Origin: Vicinamibacteria bacterium
GTDB lineage: Bacteria; Acidobacteriota; Vicinamibacteria; Marinacidobacterales; Marinacidobacteraceae
Reading direction: 5' to 3'
DNA: 64,000 bases
Assembly (NCBI GenBank): GCA_963422395.1
Contig: OY729431.1
Location: 1,184,001 to 1,248,000, forward strand
Under the pieces are notes generated by a model that ran no database searches, was not told the origin of the DNA, and was given only the letters and a program-made list of their open reading frames with translations. A program made the translations under genes and the position numbers. Positions 51,017 to 62,282 of this stretch are shown here, piece after piece (position 1 is the stretch's first letter; every line of letters starts with the position of its first letter).

Positions 51017-52614
51017 ATCGCGGGCCCCGAGAAGTCGAAGCAGGCGGTCGGATCGGCGTCGTTCGAGTCGGGCTGGCGTTCGGGGCCCTGAACCTGCCGC
51101 TCACCCTGTCGGCCTCGCCGGAGGTGCCTTGGGTGCGGCCGGTGGCCGCGGTTTCCCCGGACCTGCTGGCGCTGGTGGTTCTGGCCGCGCTGGCGCCGGG
51201 TTTCTTTCGGGCCGAGCGGTTCCGGACGCTGTTCGCGGCGGGCCTCCTCGCGGTGGCGGCGGCCCGTTTCGCCGGCCTCGCCGCCCTGGGCCTCCTCGGC
51301 CGGCCGCTCGATCCGGCGGGAGATCTGCCGCATGTCGGCCGGGTGGCCGAGATGCTCTTCACGGCGCTCCCGGGGTGGTCCTTCGGCGCAACCCTGCTCG
51401 GGGTGCTCGCGGCCGGTGCGGTTCTGCTGGCGGCCACCCGCTGGTCGCTCGCGGTCTTCGGCACCGCCGGGGCGCAGATTTCGACGAGGGGGCGGGTTGC
51501 CGCGGGCGCCCTCGCTTTCGGGGCTCTCTGCTGGCCGGCAGCGGCTCCCCCAGGCGGTTCCGCCGTGCTCGCCGCGTTCCGGATCGCCGCCGCACCGCTC
51601 GCCGAGCCTGCCCCCGACCTCTCCGGACCGGAGCTGCCCGGTGCTCCCGATCTCGGCGGCGCGGATCTCTATCTGATCTTCATCGAGTCCTACGGCGTGG
51701 CGGCGTTCGACGAGCCGTCGCGGCGGGCCCGCCTCGCCGAGGCGGCCGGGCGCTTCGCCGCCGACGCGGCGGCGGGCGGCTTCGATTTCCGTTCGGCGCA
51801 AATCCAGAGCCCCACTTTCGGCGGCGGTTCCTGGCGGGCCCACGCTTCGCTGCTCTCCGGGGTGTGGGTGGATCGGGAGGCGGTGTACGAGGCGCTGCTC
51901 GCCTCCGGGCGGGCCAGCCTGGTCGAGCGTTTCCGCGAGGCGGGGTACCGGACGGCGGCGTTCGAGCCGGGGATCCGCGAGGAGTGGCCGGAGGGCGCGT
52001 GGTACGGATTCGACCGCGTGTACGACTACGAAGGCATCGGCTACCGAGGGCCGGCGATGGGCTGGTGGAAGGTGCCCGACCAGTTCACGCTCTACGCCCT
52101 CCACGAACGCGAGATCCGCAGTGCGGACCGCCCGCTGTTCGCCAAGGTGTCGCTCATCACCAGCCACATCCCCTACTGGCCGATACCGCCCTATGTCGAG
52201 CCGTGGCGCCGGTTCGATGAGGGAACGGCCTATGAAGGACCGCTTCGCTCGGTCGCCCACGACGACTTCCGGGATCTGGAAGAGCTTTCGGAGCGCTACG
52301 CCCTGAGTCTCGAGTACCAGTTCCGCATCCTCGGCGGTTTCCTCCGCGAGTTCGCTCCGCGCCGGACGCTCGTCGTGGTCGTCGGGGATCACCAGCCGCC
52401 GAAGCTTTCGCTCCACGACAGCGACACCTGGGCGACTCCGATCCACCTCTTCTCCCGGGACCCCGCTCTCCTGACCCCTTTCGAGCGGTTGGGCTTCGCC
52501 CGCACGCTGGTTCCGGAAGCAGGCTCTTCATGGCGCATGAGCGACTTCGCCCGCGATCTGCGTAGGGTGTTCCCGGGGTCGAACGAGCCCGCAGATGGGG
52601 CTCTCGTTCCATGA
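51013..52614 (+). CDS. Membrane-anchored sulfatase/alkaline-phosphatase-superfamily protein
   Basis: N-terminal TMs; FIESYG, SPTFGGGSWRAH, PDQF, TSHIP, GDHQP. Confidence 0.8.
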   Translation: MNRGPREVEAGGRIGVVRVGLAFGALNLPLTLSASPEVPWVRPVAAVSPDLLALVVLAALAPGFFRAERFRTLFAAGLLAVAAARFAGLAALGLLGRPLDPAGDLPHVGRVAEMLFTALPGWSFGATLLGVLAAGAVLLAATRWSLAVFGTAGAQISTRGRVAAGALAFGALCWPAAAPPGGSAVLAAFRIAAAPLAEPAPDLSGPELPGAPDLGGADLYLIFIESYGVAAFDEPSRRARLAEAAGRFAADAAAGGFDFRSAQIQSPTFGGGSWRAHASLLSGVWVDREAVYEALLASGRASLVERFREAGYRTAAFEPGIREEWPEGAWYGFDRVYDYEGIGYRGPAMGWWKVPDQFTLYALHEREIRSADRPLFAKVSLITSHIPYWPIPPYVEPWRRFDEGTAYEGPLRSVAHDDFRDLEELSERYALSLEYQFRILGGFLREFAPRRTLVVVVGDHQPPKLSLHDSDTWATPIHLFSRDPALLTPFERLGFARTLVPEAGSSWRMSDFARDLRRVFPGSNEPADGALVP

Positions 52615-52787
52615 CCTGGGGGAGCGGGGACCGGCGGCATCGTCCCTGCGCCCTTTCGGGCCTCGGGCTCCCCGGTGGAATCCTGCTGTTGCAGCGGCTC
52701 GACAGCTGAAAAGCGGCGATCGATCGGGGTGTGGTTCAGCATGACGGTGGTTCGTCCGCTGACCGGCCAATGCGGGATACTTCCCTC

Positions 52788-55700
52788 ATGCTTCGTGGAT
52801 CGTGTCTCCTCTTCGTTGTCGGGATCTTCGCTGCCCCGGCCGGGATTGCCGGGTCCTCACTCGCCGCCGCGCCGCCGCCCGCGGAGCAGAACCGTGCCGC
52901 ACCCCCGGAAGGCGAGGAAGATCCGCGCGAGCCCTCCTTGCTCGAAAGGGCGCGGGGCGATTCCGCCGCGCCTCCGCTCCCCGCTGCCGAATCACAGCAA
53001 CAGCAGGATCCCGCCGAGGAGCCCGAGGAGACCGTTCAGGATCCGGAAGCGGACATTACCGAACTCCGCTATGAGGAGGAGGTCTCGGTCACCGGAACCG
53101 CGATCCGCGAGACCCCGATCGATTCTCCCTACTCGGTGTCGTTCGTCAACCGCGACACCCTGGTCCAGCGCGGATCGCCGCAGCTCGTGGATATGTTCAA
53201 GAGTCTCACCGCAAGCAGCGGGGTCATCGGCGAAGTGAACAGTTGGTACGCCGGCAGCACGAATGTCCCGGAGACGGTGGCGAATGTGAACTTGCGCGGC
53301 CTGGGGGCGTCGCGGACCCTGGTTCTCATCAACGGCCGCCGCCAGGTCCATGTTCCCGCCCAGCTCGTCGGCGGCCGTTTCGTGGATGTGAACTCGATAC
53401 CGGGGATCGCCGTGGAACGGCTGGATGTACTCAAGGAGGGGGCCGGCGCGATCTATGGTTCCGATGCCATCGGCGGGGTGGTTAACTTCATCACCCGCAA
53501 CACCTTCGAGGGCCTTGAAGTGCAGGCGTCCCACGAGTACTTCGAGGGGGGCGGAGATTCGCTGTTCTCGGGTATCTGGGGACGGCGTTTCGGAACCAGG
53601 AATGTCGTCGTTGCATTCGAGCACCAGCGCCGCGCCCGACTCGAAGCGGAGGAGCGGAGCTTCACATTGCGTCCTTACCCGAACTGGAGGTGGGGATGGT
53701 CGGGGGTCGGAAACCCAGGTGCCTTCATCGTTCCCGGAGCCGGTCCGCTGAACGAGACAGGGCTCGCGGCCGCGCCGCGCTTCATGGATCCTCAGTGCGA
53801 GAACTTCGGCGGCTATGTGGACAACGAGTTGCGGAGCTGCCGGTTCCGCTATCAGCCGTGGGATGACCTCATCCCAGAGACCCAGCACACTCGGGGGTTG
53901 GTCGAGGTCAGCGGGGATGTCGGAGAACACGGCTACTACCGGATCGATGGTCTGTTTGCCGATGCGCAGACCCCCAATTGGGAGACCACTCCCTCCTTTC
54001 CGCCGGTGTCTCTGCTGAACCAGGTGCAGCTCGTCGGCCCCGATCATCCCGGCCGTCAGGCGCTCGCCGCTCGGTATCCGGGGCTCTACGCCGCCGATGG
54101 CGCAGCGCTGGATCTGACCGGCAGCGAACCCTGGTACTTCTTCGGGCGGCTGGTCGGGAATTCCGGTCCGGGCCGCGTCCTGAAGCGGGAGAGTTCGACT
54201 GCGAGGATCACTGCATCGCTCGGCGGCGAACTCGGCGGCGGGCTCCACTACGACATCGGTGCGGTAGCGGCCCGTTCCACTGGCAATGTGAATCAGCCGG
54301 CGGAATACGCCTACCGAAAATTCCTCGCCTTCCGCGGGTTCGGCGGGCCGAACTGCGGCGTGGGTGTGGTGGTGGACCCGAACGCACTCTCGCGGATGGG
54401 GCTCGGGGACCCGGGCGGAGCCGCTCCGGGGCAGGGGAACTGCATGTACTACAACCCGTTCTCGAACGGCCTTCAGTTCTCCGCGCAACCAGGCGCGCCC
54501 TATCTCGATGCCGCGAACCCCGAATACGAAGCGGCTCTCGCGAACTCCGCCGAGCTGCTCGGCTGGATCAACGAGCAAGTCGATGTGCAGTCCACCTCCG
54601 ACCTGTTCTCCGCCGACGCGACCTTGAACGGCGTGCTGAGCGAGAGCGCCAGCTACGCCGTCGGCTACCAGTTCCGCCGGGTAGGCGCGAGCGCCCACCC
54701 GAACGATGCCGGGAATCTTTCGCTGCATCCCTGCCCGGTTCCCGGCGACCGGGGGTGCGCGATCCAGACCGGCCCCTTCACCTTCACCACCGCCCGCCAT
54801 CCATACGACGCCAACCAGACGACCCATGCGGTGTTCACCGAGCTGGCGCTGAACCTCGGCTCCCGCTTCGACGCCCAGATCGCCGGCCACTACGAGAAGT
54901 ACGACTTCGCCGACAGCTTCGATCCCAAGGTGGCCGTCATCTTCCATCCCGTCGAGAACTTCGCGCTGCGCGGCACGGCGCAGACGAGCTTCCGGACTCC
55001 GTCGGTAGATGATCTGAACGAGGATCTAGCGACCTACCTCGACTGGGTCTCGGCGAGCGGCACCTGGAAGGCGATCGACGACTCCGGCAGCAAGGACCTC
55101 CTGCCCGAGCAGGCGTTCACCTACAACCTCGGAATGACAGTGAGTACCGACGGCGGGTTCGACGCGACACTCGACTACTGGCACTTCGACTTCGACAACC
55201 CGATCAGCACCCTGCCTCACTCCGGCATCGTGAGCGCCTACGGGAACCCCGCCACCCGCAGCCGGGTGCAGCACCTGATCACTTGTCCCGGGGGCCTCAC
55301 CGATGGAAGCTGCGACCCGGTGGACATCGAGCGCATTCGGGTCCGTCGGGTCAACGCCACCGCCCTCAAGACCTCGGGGGTGGACTCCCACCTCGGCTAC
55401 CGCGGAGCGATCGGACCAGCGCCCTCGTCTTCAACTTCGACGCCAGCTACACCCTCGACTACACCGTGGAGGCGCTTTTCCACGAGGGCGTCGAATTGAT
55501 CGCCGAAGAACAGGCGGCGGGCTTCCTGAACCGGACGAACCCGCTTGCTCCGCCGCTGCCCAAGCTCAGGACGCATACGCTCCTCTCCTGGCTCTTCGGC
55601 CCGTTCACGATCACCGGCGCCTCGCAGTACATCTCCGGCTATCGGGACCGGACGACGACGGCGGAATATGAGAACATCGATTCCTGGCTGATCTTCGACG

Positions 55701-55867
55701 CCAATCTCCAGTACCGTGTTCCGGATACCCAGATGCTGATCACGTTTTCGGTGCTGAACCTGACCGGGACCCATCCGCCGCTCGTGAACCAGGAGCTCGC
55801 CTTCGACGCCCTGACCCACAACCCCAAGGGCCGCCGCTTCAAGGTCGGTGTCTCCTACGAGTTCTAA
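52788..55867 (+). CDS. TonB-dependent receptor, 1-nt frameshift near 55415
   Basis: VSVTGT, NLRGLGASRTLVLINGRR, LKEGAGAIYGSDAIGGVVNFIT; C-terminal part in another frame ending VSYEF. Confidence 0.9.
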
Positions 55868-55917
55868 CGATTTCGGTTCCTGAGCCCGGCGGCGTACGCC
55901 GCCTCGCTCCGGCTGCC

Positions 55918-56784
55918 GTGAGGGGGCTCTGGTCGTTTTCGGCGGCGGCCGCGGGCGCTGTTTTCGCCGCCGGGATGTTCCTCGCCGGTTGGACCCTCGG
56001 CGGGGGCCTCGCCAGCGCCGCCATCTTCTTCGGCGTGGTCGCGTTCGCCGCCCGTGAACTGGTGCCGTCGCCCCTCGGGCCGGCGAACCGATTGACGATC
56101 GCCCGACTCGCGGTGCTGGGGGCGCTTGCCGGTCTTTCGTTCCCCTTCTCGGCCGAGGCCCCCCTCGCGCTGAGCGGCTGGATCCCGTGCCTCTCGTACG
56201 GAGCGGCGTCGCTCGCTGATTTCGCAGACGGCGTGCTTGCTCGGCACACCCGCTCGGAGAGCGCATTCGGCGCCCGGCTCGACGCGGAAGCCGACGCGCT
56301 CGGGATAGCGGCGGCGAGCGGCATCGGCGTCTTCGTCGCCGGGACCCTGCCGCGCTGGTATCTGGCGGCCGGCCTCGCGCGGTACCTCTTCGGCGCCGGC
56401 CTCTTCATCGAACGCCATCTCGGCCGTCGTCCGCAGAAGCTCTCCCCGAGCCCGTTCCGCCGCCGTCTTGCCGGCTTTCAGATGGGGCTCCTCGTCGTCT
56501 GTTTGGCCCCCGGTATCGAGCTTCGTTGGGCGCTGCCTTCGAGCGTAGCGCTCGGCGCCCCGTTCCTCGCCGGTTTCGTCCACGACTACCTTCTGGCGAG
56601 CGGCCGTCTCGGTCAGGGTTTGCGGCAGTTCGCCTTCCGGCTAGATCGCCTCCGCGCTCCGGCAAGCCGGATCGCCGCCTTTCTCGCCGCCGCCTTGGGC
56701 GCCCTGAAACTCGCCGGGCTCCCGACGGGATCCCTCGCTCTCGCCGCCTTCTTCTTCGCCTGGCTCATGCGCCCGCCCCGGTGA
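55918..56784 (+). CDS. CDP-alcohol phosphatidyltransferase family protein
   Basis: ANRLTIAR; DFADGVLAR…FGARLDAEAD signature. Confidence 0.88.
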   Translation: MRGLWSFSAAAAGAVFAAGMFLAGWTLGGGLASAAIFFGVVAFAARELVPSPLGPANRLTIARLAVLGALAGLSFPFSAEAPLALSGWIPCLSYGAASLADFADGVLARHTRSESAFGARLDAEADALGIAAASGIGVFVAGTLPRWYLAAGLARYLFGAGLFIERHLGRRPQKLSPSPFRRRLAGFQMGLLVVCLAPGIELRWALPSSVALGAPFLAGFVHDYLLASGRLGQGLRQFAFRLDRLRAPASRIAAFLAAALGALKLAGLPTGSLALAAFFFAWLMRPPR

Positions 56785-57838
56785 GCAGATCCTCGACTGC
56801 TTCGAGGCTCTCTGCCCAGGTCGGATGTGCCCGGTACCGCTCATCGGCGCGGATCCCCATGGCGGCGAGTTTCGCCCGGTCGGCCCTCAGGGTTTCGAGA
56901 TGGCCCGCCAGCAGAATCGCCGTCTCTCGGGGTGGTGCCTGGGGGATCAGCCAACCGGTCTCTCCCTCGGAGACGATCTCCGGCGCGCCTCCGGAGGCGG
57001 CGGCGAGAGCCGGAAGACCGAAGGCGAAACCATCGAGATAGGCGATGCCGAACCCCTCGTGGGTCGAAGGTACTGCGGTCAGGCAGCTTCGGTGGAGGAG
57101 CGTTGCGACCTGCTCGGCGTCCAGTCGGCCATGGAAGCGGACTCGGCCGGCGAGGTCGGGAGCGCGGGCGCGGAAGCGGGCGCGGGCAGCGTAGCCGGGG
57201 TCGAGGTCGAAACGGCCCGCGACCGCCAGTGTCCATTCGGGCACCCGGGAGATCGCTTCGAGCAGTTCCAAAAGTCGCTTTCGCGGGATCAGGTTGCCGA
57301 GGAAGACCGCCCGCAGCGGCCCTTCGGCGCGCGCTCTGATTCCCTCCCGGGTCTCTTCCCGGGTCCCTTCGCTGTCGAGCAGGGGGGGCGGCCCCGAGCC
57401 GGCGAAGCGGTCGCGTCCCGGCGGCGCCACCGCCGCCTCGATCTTCCTTCCGGCGAGCCGCCGTGCGGCCCGGACGGTGGCCCGGCTGGGGGCGAGCACG
57501 GCGTCCACACTCTGCAGATAGGCCGCTTCTTCCTGCCGGAGCCGCCGCCGCGCGGCTTCGCTCCGCTCCGGCTCGTCGCTCATCAAGTGGTGGACCAGCG
57601 CCACGATCCGGGGGCGCTCCGAGACGAGGGCGCGGTTTCGGGCCAGGAACTCCCGATGGAAGAGCTCGTCTTGCAGCACCACTTGGGGCGAGAAGTCCGG
57701 ATGCGGTTCGGCGCCGGTACCGAATTCGCGAATCCGCACTTGGTGCCCCCGCGCTTTCAGCCCTTCGGCGAGCGCCTGGTCGTAGAGGTTCCCGCCGCTC
57801 AGCCGGGCGAGCGGCGGGGTCCAGATCTCGATGCGCAT
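56765..57838 (-). CDS. Glycosyltransferase family 4
   Basis: SGGNLYD, LVHH, GNLIPRK, PSTHEGFGIAYLDG. Confidence 0.88.
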   Translation of the reverse strand: MRIEIWTPPLARLSGGNLYDQALAEGLKARGHQVRIREFGTGAEPHPDFSPQVVLQDELFHREFLARNRALVSERPRIVALVHHLMSDEPERSEAARRRLRQEEAAYLQSVDAVLAPSRATVRAARRLAGRKIEAAVAPPGRDRFAGSGPPPLLDSEGTREETREGIRARAEGPLRAVFLGNLIPRKRLLELLEAISRVPEWTLAVAGRFDLDPGYAARARFRARAPDLAGRVRFHGRLDAEQVATLLHRSCLTAVPSTHEGFGIAYLDGFAFGLPALAAASGGAPEIVSEGETGWLIPQAPPRETAILLAGHLETLRADRAKLAAMGIRADERYRAHPTWAESLEAVEDLLTGAGA

Positions 57839-57997
57839 CGACAGTGGATGATCGGGGCGATCCTCTTTCCCGGGAGGCGTGGAGGATGCAGCAGCCGGGA
57901 TATCACACTTCCGGACGGGGCGCTCCGCGGCTCCCCGCGCACGGCCATCTGCCGGGAGCGAACAGCCCGCCGGCGCTCACCGAGGATGTGCTGCTGT

Positions 57998-60900
57998 CTA
58001 CCTCGCGAACGGGTCATTACCGTCCCCCGGGATGCAGGGCAACGAATAACAGGGGATGGAGCGGCCCGGGGTCCAGGGGACGCCGGCGGCGTCGGCTCGA
58101 GCTTCGAGAGCAGCGAGCTGGCCGTCCACGAGTTCGATGAGTTCGGCGTTTGCCAGGTCGAACTGTTCCACCACGATCTCGACCTGACGGCGGTGGGTGG
58201 CAGTGGGGTCTGCGGTGGACCAGAAGGCGCCGACGACGCGCTGGATGCGCTCGCGGAGGCCGGGGAGGACCGCTTCGCGGCGTGAGCGGACGGTGTCGTC
58301 CCCGAGAAACCGCACCCGGAGGTCGAGCAGCGCGGTGCGGATCGCCGCCGCCTCGGCGCGGAGCTCGCTACCGGCAGTGGATTCGTCCATCGCTTTCGCG
58401 AGCGCCTCGACCCGTTCGACGGAGGCTTCGAGGGCGGCGACGGCACCGAAGGTCTTTCGCTGGAGCCTGGCGACCTCGCTCTGGAAGGCGTGGCGGGCTT
58501 CGGGGTCCGACGGAGGCACTCCGGCGGCAGCGAGCACGCTGGGAGTGAAGGGCTGTGGTTCCCCGAGCCGTTCGCTCTCCCCGCCGGCGCGGCGCACGAG
58601 CTCCGCCGTGTAGCGCCCCGGCATGGCGAGCGGGCCGCCGCGCGAGCCCCCGGCGGCGTCGGGGTGCCGGAGGTCCCAGGCGATGCGGTGGATTCCCGCG
58701 GCCCCCGGCGCCGGGAGGCGACGGACGAGGGTGCCGTCCGCATCCCGGATGACCAGGAACAATGCTGGGTCTTCGGCGCGGTCCTCGGCGCGGAGTGCAT
58801 CCCACGAGGGGTAGGCGAGCGGCTCGCCGGCGGCCGCCCGGGCGCGTTCGAGATCGCGGCGCTCTTCGCGGAGCGAGCGCAGCCCCTCTCGCAGGTAATA
58901 GGTCACGACCGCCCCGAACGGAGGATTCGGCGCAGTGAAGAAGGCGTCGCCGCGCTGCGCTTTCTCGCCGCCGCCGAGAGGGTTCGCCTCGATGTACATC
59001 CAGGGATCCTTCACCGGAAACACTGCGCCGGCGCTGGCGAGAGCCTGGGCCGAGAGGTGGCGCAGGGGGGTGTAGTCGTCGAGGATGAAGAAACCACGGC
59101 CGAAGGAGGCGGCGGCCAGGTCGTTCTCGCGCGTCTGGATCTCCAGATCGCGGATCGGGATGGTGGGCATTCCGCCTCGCAGCCGGATCCAGCGTCCTCC
59201 TCCGTCGAGGGTGACGAAGAGTCCGAATTCCGTCCCGAGGAACAGGAGCCCCTCGCGTCCGGGGTCCTCGACCACCGCCCACGCGAGCTGATCTTCAGGC
59301 AGGTCTCCGGTGATGTCCTTCCAGTTTTCACCGCGGTCGTCGCTCCGCATCACATAGGGCGCGAAATCCCCCTGTTTGTGGTTGTTGAAGACCGCGTACA
59401 CGGTGTTCTCGCGGTGCCGCGAGGCGTGGAGATCGGCGACATAGGTGCGTGGCGGCACTCCGGGGACGGTGTCCACCGCCCGCCACTCCAGGCCTCCGTC
59501 ACCGCTGATCTGGAGGAGTCCGTCGTCCATTCCAGCGTAGAGCAGCCCTTCGACGAGCGGCGATTCGTCGAGCGCCACCATGTTGCCGTAGGTCGAAGTG
59601 AAGACATTTCGCCAGACGGCGTCCACGCTCCACGAGCGGCCCATCACCGGCAGCTCGGCGCGGTCGATGCCGCGGGTGAGATCGCCGCTGATCGGGGTCC
59701 AGCGGTTCGCCCGGTCGTCGCTGCGGTACAGCCGGTTCGCGCCGAAATAGAGCCGCCGCGGGTCGTGCGGCGAGATGAGGAGCGGTGCATCCCAGTTCCA
59801 CTTGAGCGGCGGCTCGTCGGGCTCGGGCTGCGGCTGGATATCCACCCGTTCCCCGGTGCGGCGGTCGAAGCGGACGATTCCGGCGTACTGGAACTGCGCG
59901 TAGATGATGTTCGGGTCCTCGGGGTCCACTCGCGCCTGGAATCCGTCGCCGCCGATCACATCCAGCCAGTCGCTGTTGCGGATCCCGTGCACATTGATGG
60001 TGCGCGAGGGGCCGCCGAGAGTGGCGTTGTCCTGAGTGCCGCCGTAGAGGTTGTAGAAGGGGAAGTCGTTGTCGATCCCCACCCGGTAGAACTGGGTCAG
60101 CGACTGGTTGGCGTGGAACTTCCAGTGCTCTCCGAGATCCCAGCTCTCGTAGAGGCCGCCGTCGGTGGCGACCATCAGATAGTCCGGATCGTCGGGGTCG
60201 AATTCGAGATCGTGGTTGTCCACATGCTTGAAGCGACTGTTCAGCCGCCGCCAGCTGCTGCCTTCGTCGTCGGTGAGGTGGACGAAGACATCCATCGAAT
60301 AGATACGGCCCGGCCGGTGTGGGTCGGGAAAGATCTCCATGTAGTACTGCGGGTCCACCGGGAGGTAGTCGCTGCGCTTCTCCCAACTCTCACCCCGGTC
60401 GGTCGTGCGGTAGAAGCCGCTCGCGTCGTCGGAAGCGGCGACCTGCGCATAGACGATGTCCGGGTCGTGGGGAGAGATCGCGAGCCCGATGCGACCGATG
60501 TCGTGGCGGGCCCCATCGGGGAGGCCGCGGGAGAGCTGGCGCCAGCTGGTGCCGCCGTCCTCGGACTTGTGGATCCCGCCCTCCGGGCCGCCGGCGACCA
60601 GCAGACCGGTGTGGCGGCGCCGCTGCCAGGCCGCGGCGTACACGATGTCCGGATCCCTCGGATCGAGGACCACATCGCTGATCCCGGTGTCTTCGGAGAT
60701 GTGGAGGACCCGTTCCCAGGTCGCGCCCCCGTCGCCGGTGCGGTAGAGGCCCCGGTCACCCCCTGACCGCCACAGCGGCCCCTGGGCGGCTACGAAGATC
60801 GTCTGGCTGTCGCGCGGGTCGAGAACGATCTTGCCGATGTGTTCGGAATCGTCGAGGCCGAGGTGTTCGAAGGAGGCGCCGGCGTCCCGACTGCGCCAGA

Positions 60901-61330
60901 CGCCGTTGCCGTAGCCCGCCGAGCGCTGTCCGTTGTTCTCCCCGGTCCCGAGCCAGACCACATTCGGGTTCTCTGGGTCCACCACCACGGTGGAAGTCGA
61001 ATAGACCGGGTAGTCGTCGAAGATCGGCTCCCAGGTGACGCCCCGGTTCGTCGTCTTGAAGGCGCCCCCCGAGGCGGCTGCGATGTACCAGGTCGCCCGA
61101 TCGCTCGGGTCCACGGCGACATCGGCGATCCGTCCCGAGCGGGCTGCCGGTCCGATCCCGCGCAATTTCAGGCCGGCGAGGAGGTCTTCGCTGACCGTTG
61201 GGGGCGCGGCCTCCTGGGCGGCGGCGGGGATACCGCAGAGTAAGGCGGCGAGAGCGGCCGCCGCAGCAGCCATGAAGGGGGCAGGGAAGGGGGCGGCGGG
61301 TGTGGAAGGGGGTGGCGGCTTCGGGATCAT
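57998..61330 (-). CDS. VPS10/BNR (Asp-box) repeat glycosyl-hydrolase-like protein
   Basis: LRGIGPAARSGRI; many SxDxGxTW Asp-boxes; GGTQDN, GGDGF, APNPPFG. Confidence 0.88.
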   Translation of the reverse strand: MIPKPPPPSTPAAPFPAPFMAAAAAALAALLCGIPAAAQEAAPPTVSEDLLAGLKLRGIGPAARSGRIADVAVDPSDRATWYIAAASGGAFKTTNRGVTWEPIFDDYPVYSTSTVVVDPENPNVVWLGTGENNGQRSAGYGNGVWRSRDAGASFEHLGLDDSEHIGKIVLDPRDSQTIFVAAQGPLWRSGGDRGLYRTGDGGATWERVLHISEDTGISDVVLDPRDPDIVYAAAWQRRRHTGLLVAGGPEGGIHKSEDGGTSWRQLSRGLPDGARHDIGRIGLAISPHDPDIVYAQVAASDDASGFYRTTDRGESWEKRSDYLPVDPQYYMEIFPDPHRPGRIYSMDVFVHLTDDEGSSWRRLNSRFKHVDNHDLEFDPDDPDYLMVATDGGLYESWDLGEHWKFHANQSLTQFYRVGIDNDFPFYNLYGGTQDNATLGGPSRTINVHGIRNSDWLDVIGGDGFQARVDPEDPNIIYAQFQYAGIVRFDRRTGERVDIQPQPEPDEPPLKWNWDAPLLISPHDPRRLYFGANRLYRSDDRANRWTPISGDLTRGIDRAELPVMGRSWSVDAVWRNVFTSTYGNMVALDESPLVEGLLYAGMDDGLLQISGDGGLEWRAVDTVPGVPPRTYVADLHASRHRENTVYAVFNNHKQGDFAPYVMRSDDRGENWKDITGDLPEDQLAWAVVEDPGREGLLFLGTEFGLFVTLDGGGRWIRLRGGMPTIPIRDLEIQTRENDLAAASFGRGFFILDDYTPLRHLSAQALASAGAVFPVKDPWMYIEANPLGGGEKAQRGDAFFTAPNPPFGAVVTYYLREGLRSLREERRDLERARAAAGEPLAYPSWDALRAEDRAEDPALFLVIRDADGTLVRRLPAPGAAGIHRIAWDLRHPDAAGGSRGGPLAMPGRYTAELVRRAGGESERLGEPQPFTPSVLAAAGVPPSDPEARHAFQSEVARLQRKTFGAVAALEASVERVEALAKAMDESTAGSELRAEAAAIRTALLDLRVRFLGDDTVRSRREAVLPGLRERIQRVVGAFWSTADPTATHRRQVEIVVEQFDLANAELIELVDGQLAALEARADAAGVPWTPGRSIPCYSLPCIPGDGNDPFAR

Positions 61331-61341
61331 GGCGGTCGGCC

Positions 61342-62250
61342 TCAATCGGTGAGGGTGGCGATGTGTGCGGCTGCTGCGCGAGCCTGCCCATCCACGTTGT
61401 ATCCGCCTTCGAGCAGCGACACCAGTCGGCCGCCGCAGTAGTGGGCGGCGATCTCCATCAGGGTGCGGGTCATTCGGACGAAGGCGTCATCGGTCACCTC
61501 GAAGGAGCCCAGGAGGTCCTCGCGGCGGCTGTCGAACCCGGCGGAGACGATCACGAATTCGGGGCGGAAGCGCTCGACCGCGGGGAGAAGGGTGCGGTCC
61601 CACGCCGAAAGCAGGTCGCGGTCGGTAGCACCCGGCCCGAGGTGCACATTCAGGTTCGTGCCGCTCCCTTCACGCGCGCCGGAGAGCGAGGGATCGCCGG
61701 TGCCCGGGTAGTCGTGCCAATTGTGGGTCGAGAAGAAGAGCACCGACGGGTCCTCGTAGAAGGCGTTCTGGGTGGCGTTGCCGTGGTGGTAGTCCCAGTC
61801 CACGATCAGCACCCGCGGATGGCTGCAGACCTGCTGCGCGTAGCGGGCGGCGACCGCTGCGTTCGAGTAGAAGCAAAAGCCCTCCTCGGCGCCGGTGTCG
61901 TTCGCGTGGTGGCCCGGCGGCCGGACGGCGCAGAAAGCGTTCCTGAGCCGCCCTGCCGAGACTTCCCGCACCGCGGCGAGCGCGCCGCCCACTGCGAGCT
62001 CGGCGATTTCGCCGGTGGTGGGGATGCGGCGGATGCGATCCACATGCTCCCGGGTGTGATGGCCCAGCAGCGCCGCGAGCGGGTCGGGCCAGTCCTCGAT
62101 CGGGACCAGAACCGAGAGCAGCCCGGCGGCGGCGAGCGCTTCCCGGATCTTCACGAGGCGGGTCGGGGATTCGGGGTGTTCCGGGCGGATGTGATGGCGC
62201 AAGAATGCCTCGCGGTACACGAGGCCGGTCCGAGAAGCGGGAGTTGGCAT
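61342..62250 (-). CDS. Histone deacetylase family protein
   Basis: HPESPTRL, RPPGHHA, GFCFY, DWDYHHGNAT, SAGFD, LEGGY. Confidence 0.92.
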   Translation of the reverse strand: MPTPASRTGLVYREAFLRHHIRPEHPESPTRLVKIREALAAAGLLSVLVPIEDWPDPLAALLGHHTREHVDRIRRIPTTGEIAELAVGGALAAVREVSAGRLRNAFCAVRPPGHHANDTGAEEGFCFYSNAAVAARYAQQVCSHPRVLIVDWDYHHGNATQNAFYEDPSVLFFSTHNWHDYPGTGDPSLSGAREGSGTNLNVHLGPGATDRDLLSAWDRTLLPAVERFRPEFVIVSAGFDSRREDLLGSFEVTDDAFVRMTRTLMEIAAHYCGGRLVSLLEGGYNVDGQARAAAAHIATLTD

Positions 62251-62282
62251 GGGGAGAACGATACCGAGAGGGTGGGGAACGG

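Noticed and set aside
52615-52787. Riboswitch upstream of the TonB receptor
   Set aside because: No recognisable cobalamin or TPP consensus elements by eye.
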